Source: a virus
Lineage: Duplodnaviria > Caudoviricetes
IMG/VR virus record: IMGVR_UViG_3300028396_000040
Span: 1 to 25,876 of that record
DNA: 25,876 nucleotides
Strand: one strand, 5' to 3'
Part shown: one piece after another, positions 25,767-25,876 of the stretch
How the letters are laid out: each line of letters begins with the position of its first letter
Numbering within the stretch: the stretch's first letter is position 1
Notes under the pieces: generated by a model
Told to the model about the DNA's origin: nothing
Seen by the model: the letters and a program-made list of their open reading frames with translations, nothing else
Databases searched by the model: none
Position numbers and translations under genes: made by a program

Positions 25767-25876
25767 TTTTTAAATTATTATTATTATTTATTTTATTATT
25801 ATATTATTCAATATTATATTTATTTAAATATATTTTTATTATATCTTATTAATTATATTATATAACATATATAGAA
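25767..25876. other. Extremely AT-rich noncoding tract
   Basis: Only 4 G/C in 110 nt, with (TTA)n and TA runs. It lies upstream of the HD gene and is truncated by the window edge. Confidence 0.8.

Overview
This window is part of a large, AT-rich myovirus genome distantly related to T4. The host is probably a Bacteroidota (inferred from BACON, Ig-like and DNRLRE-type modules). All real genes are on the minus strand and tightly packed. In transcription order (right to left) they are: an AT-rich noncoding end, an HD-domain hydrolase, a small membrane protein, a gp55-like late sigma factor, a hypothetical, a gp5-like hub/spike, two hypotheticals, gp25, gp6, a DNRLRE-type protein, a coiled-coil protein, a 1372-aa gp7-like wedge protein, four further baseplate/fibre genes (592, 219, 336 and 351 aa), a collar-type short fibre, and a giant modular fibre (>=2117 aa, 6351 to <1). 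The ORF track missed the giant fibre because it runs off the window. Four signals stand out. (1) A C-terminal Hint domain with no usable C-extein sits behind BACON/Ig modules on the baseplate protein. (2) TATTTATA, the exact reverse complement of the T4 late promoter, occurs in every internal intergenic gap >10 nt, next to a gp55-like sigma. (3) A [ST]-G-S tripeptide is strongly over-represented across unrelated virion proteins. (4) The giant fibre has nested, mosaic repeats. All family assignments come from motif recognition by eye; no searches were run.
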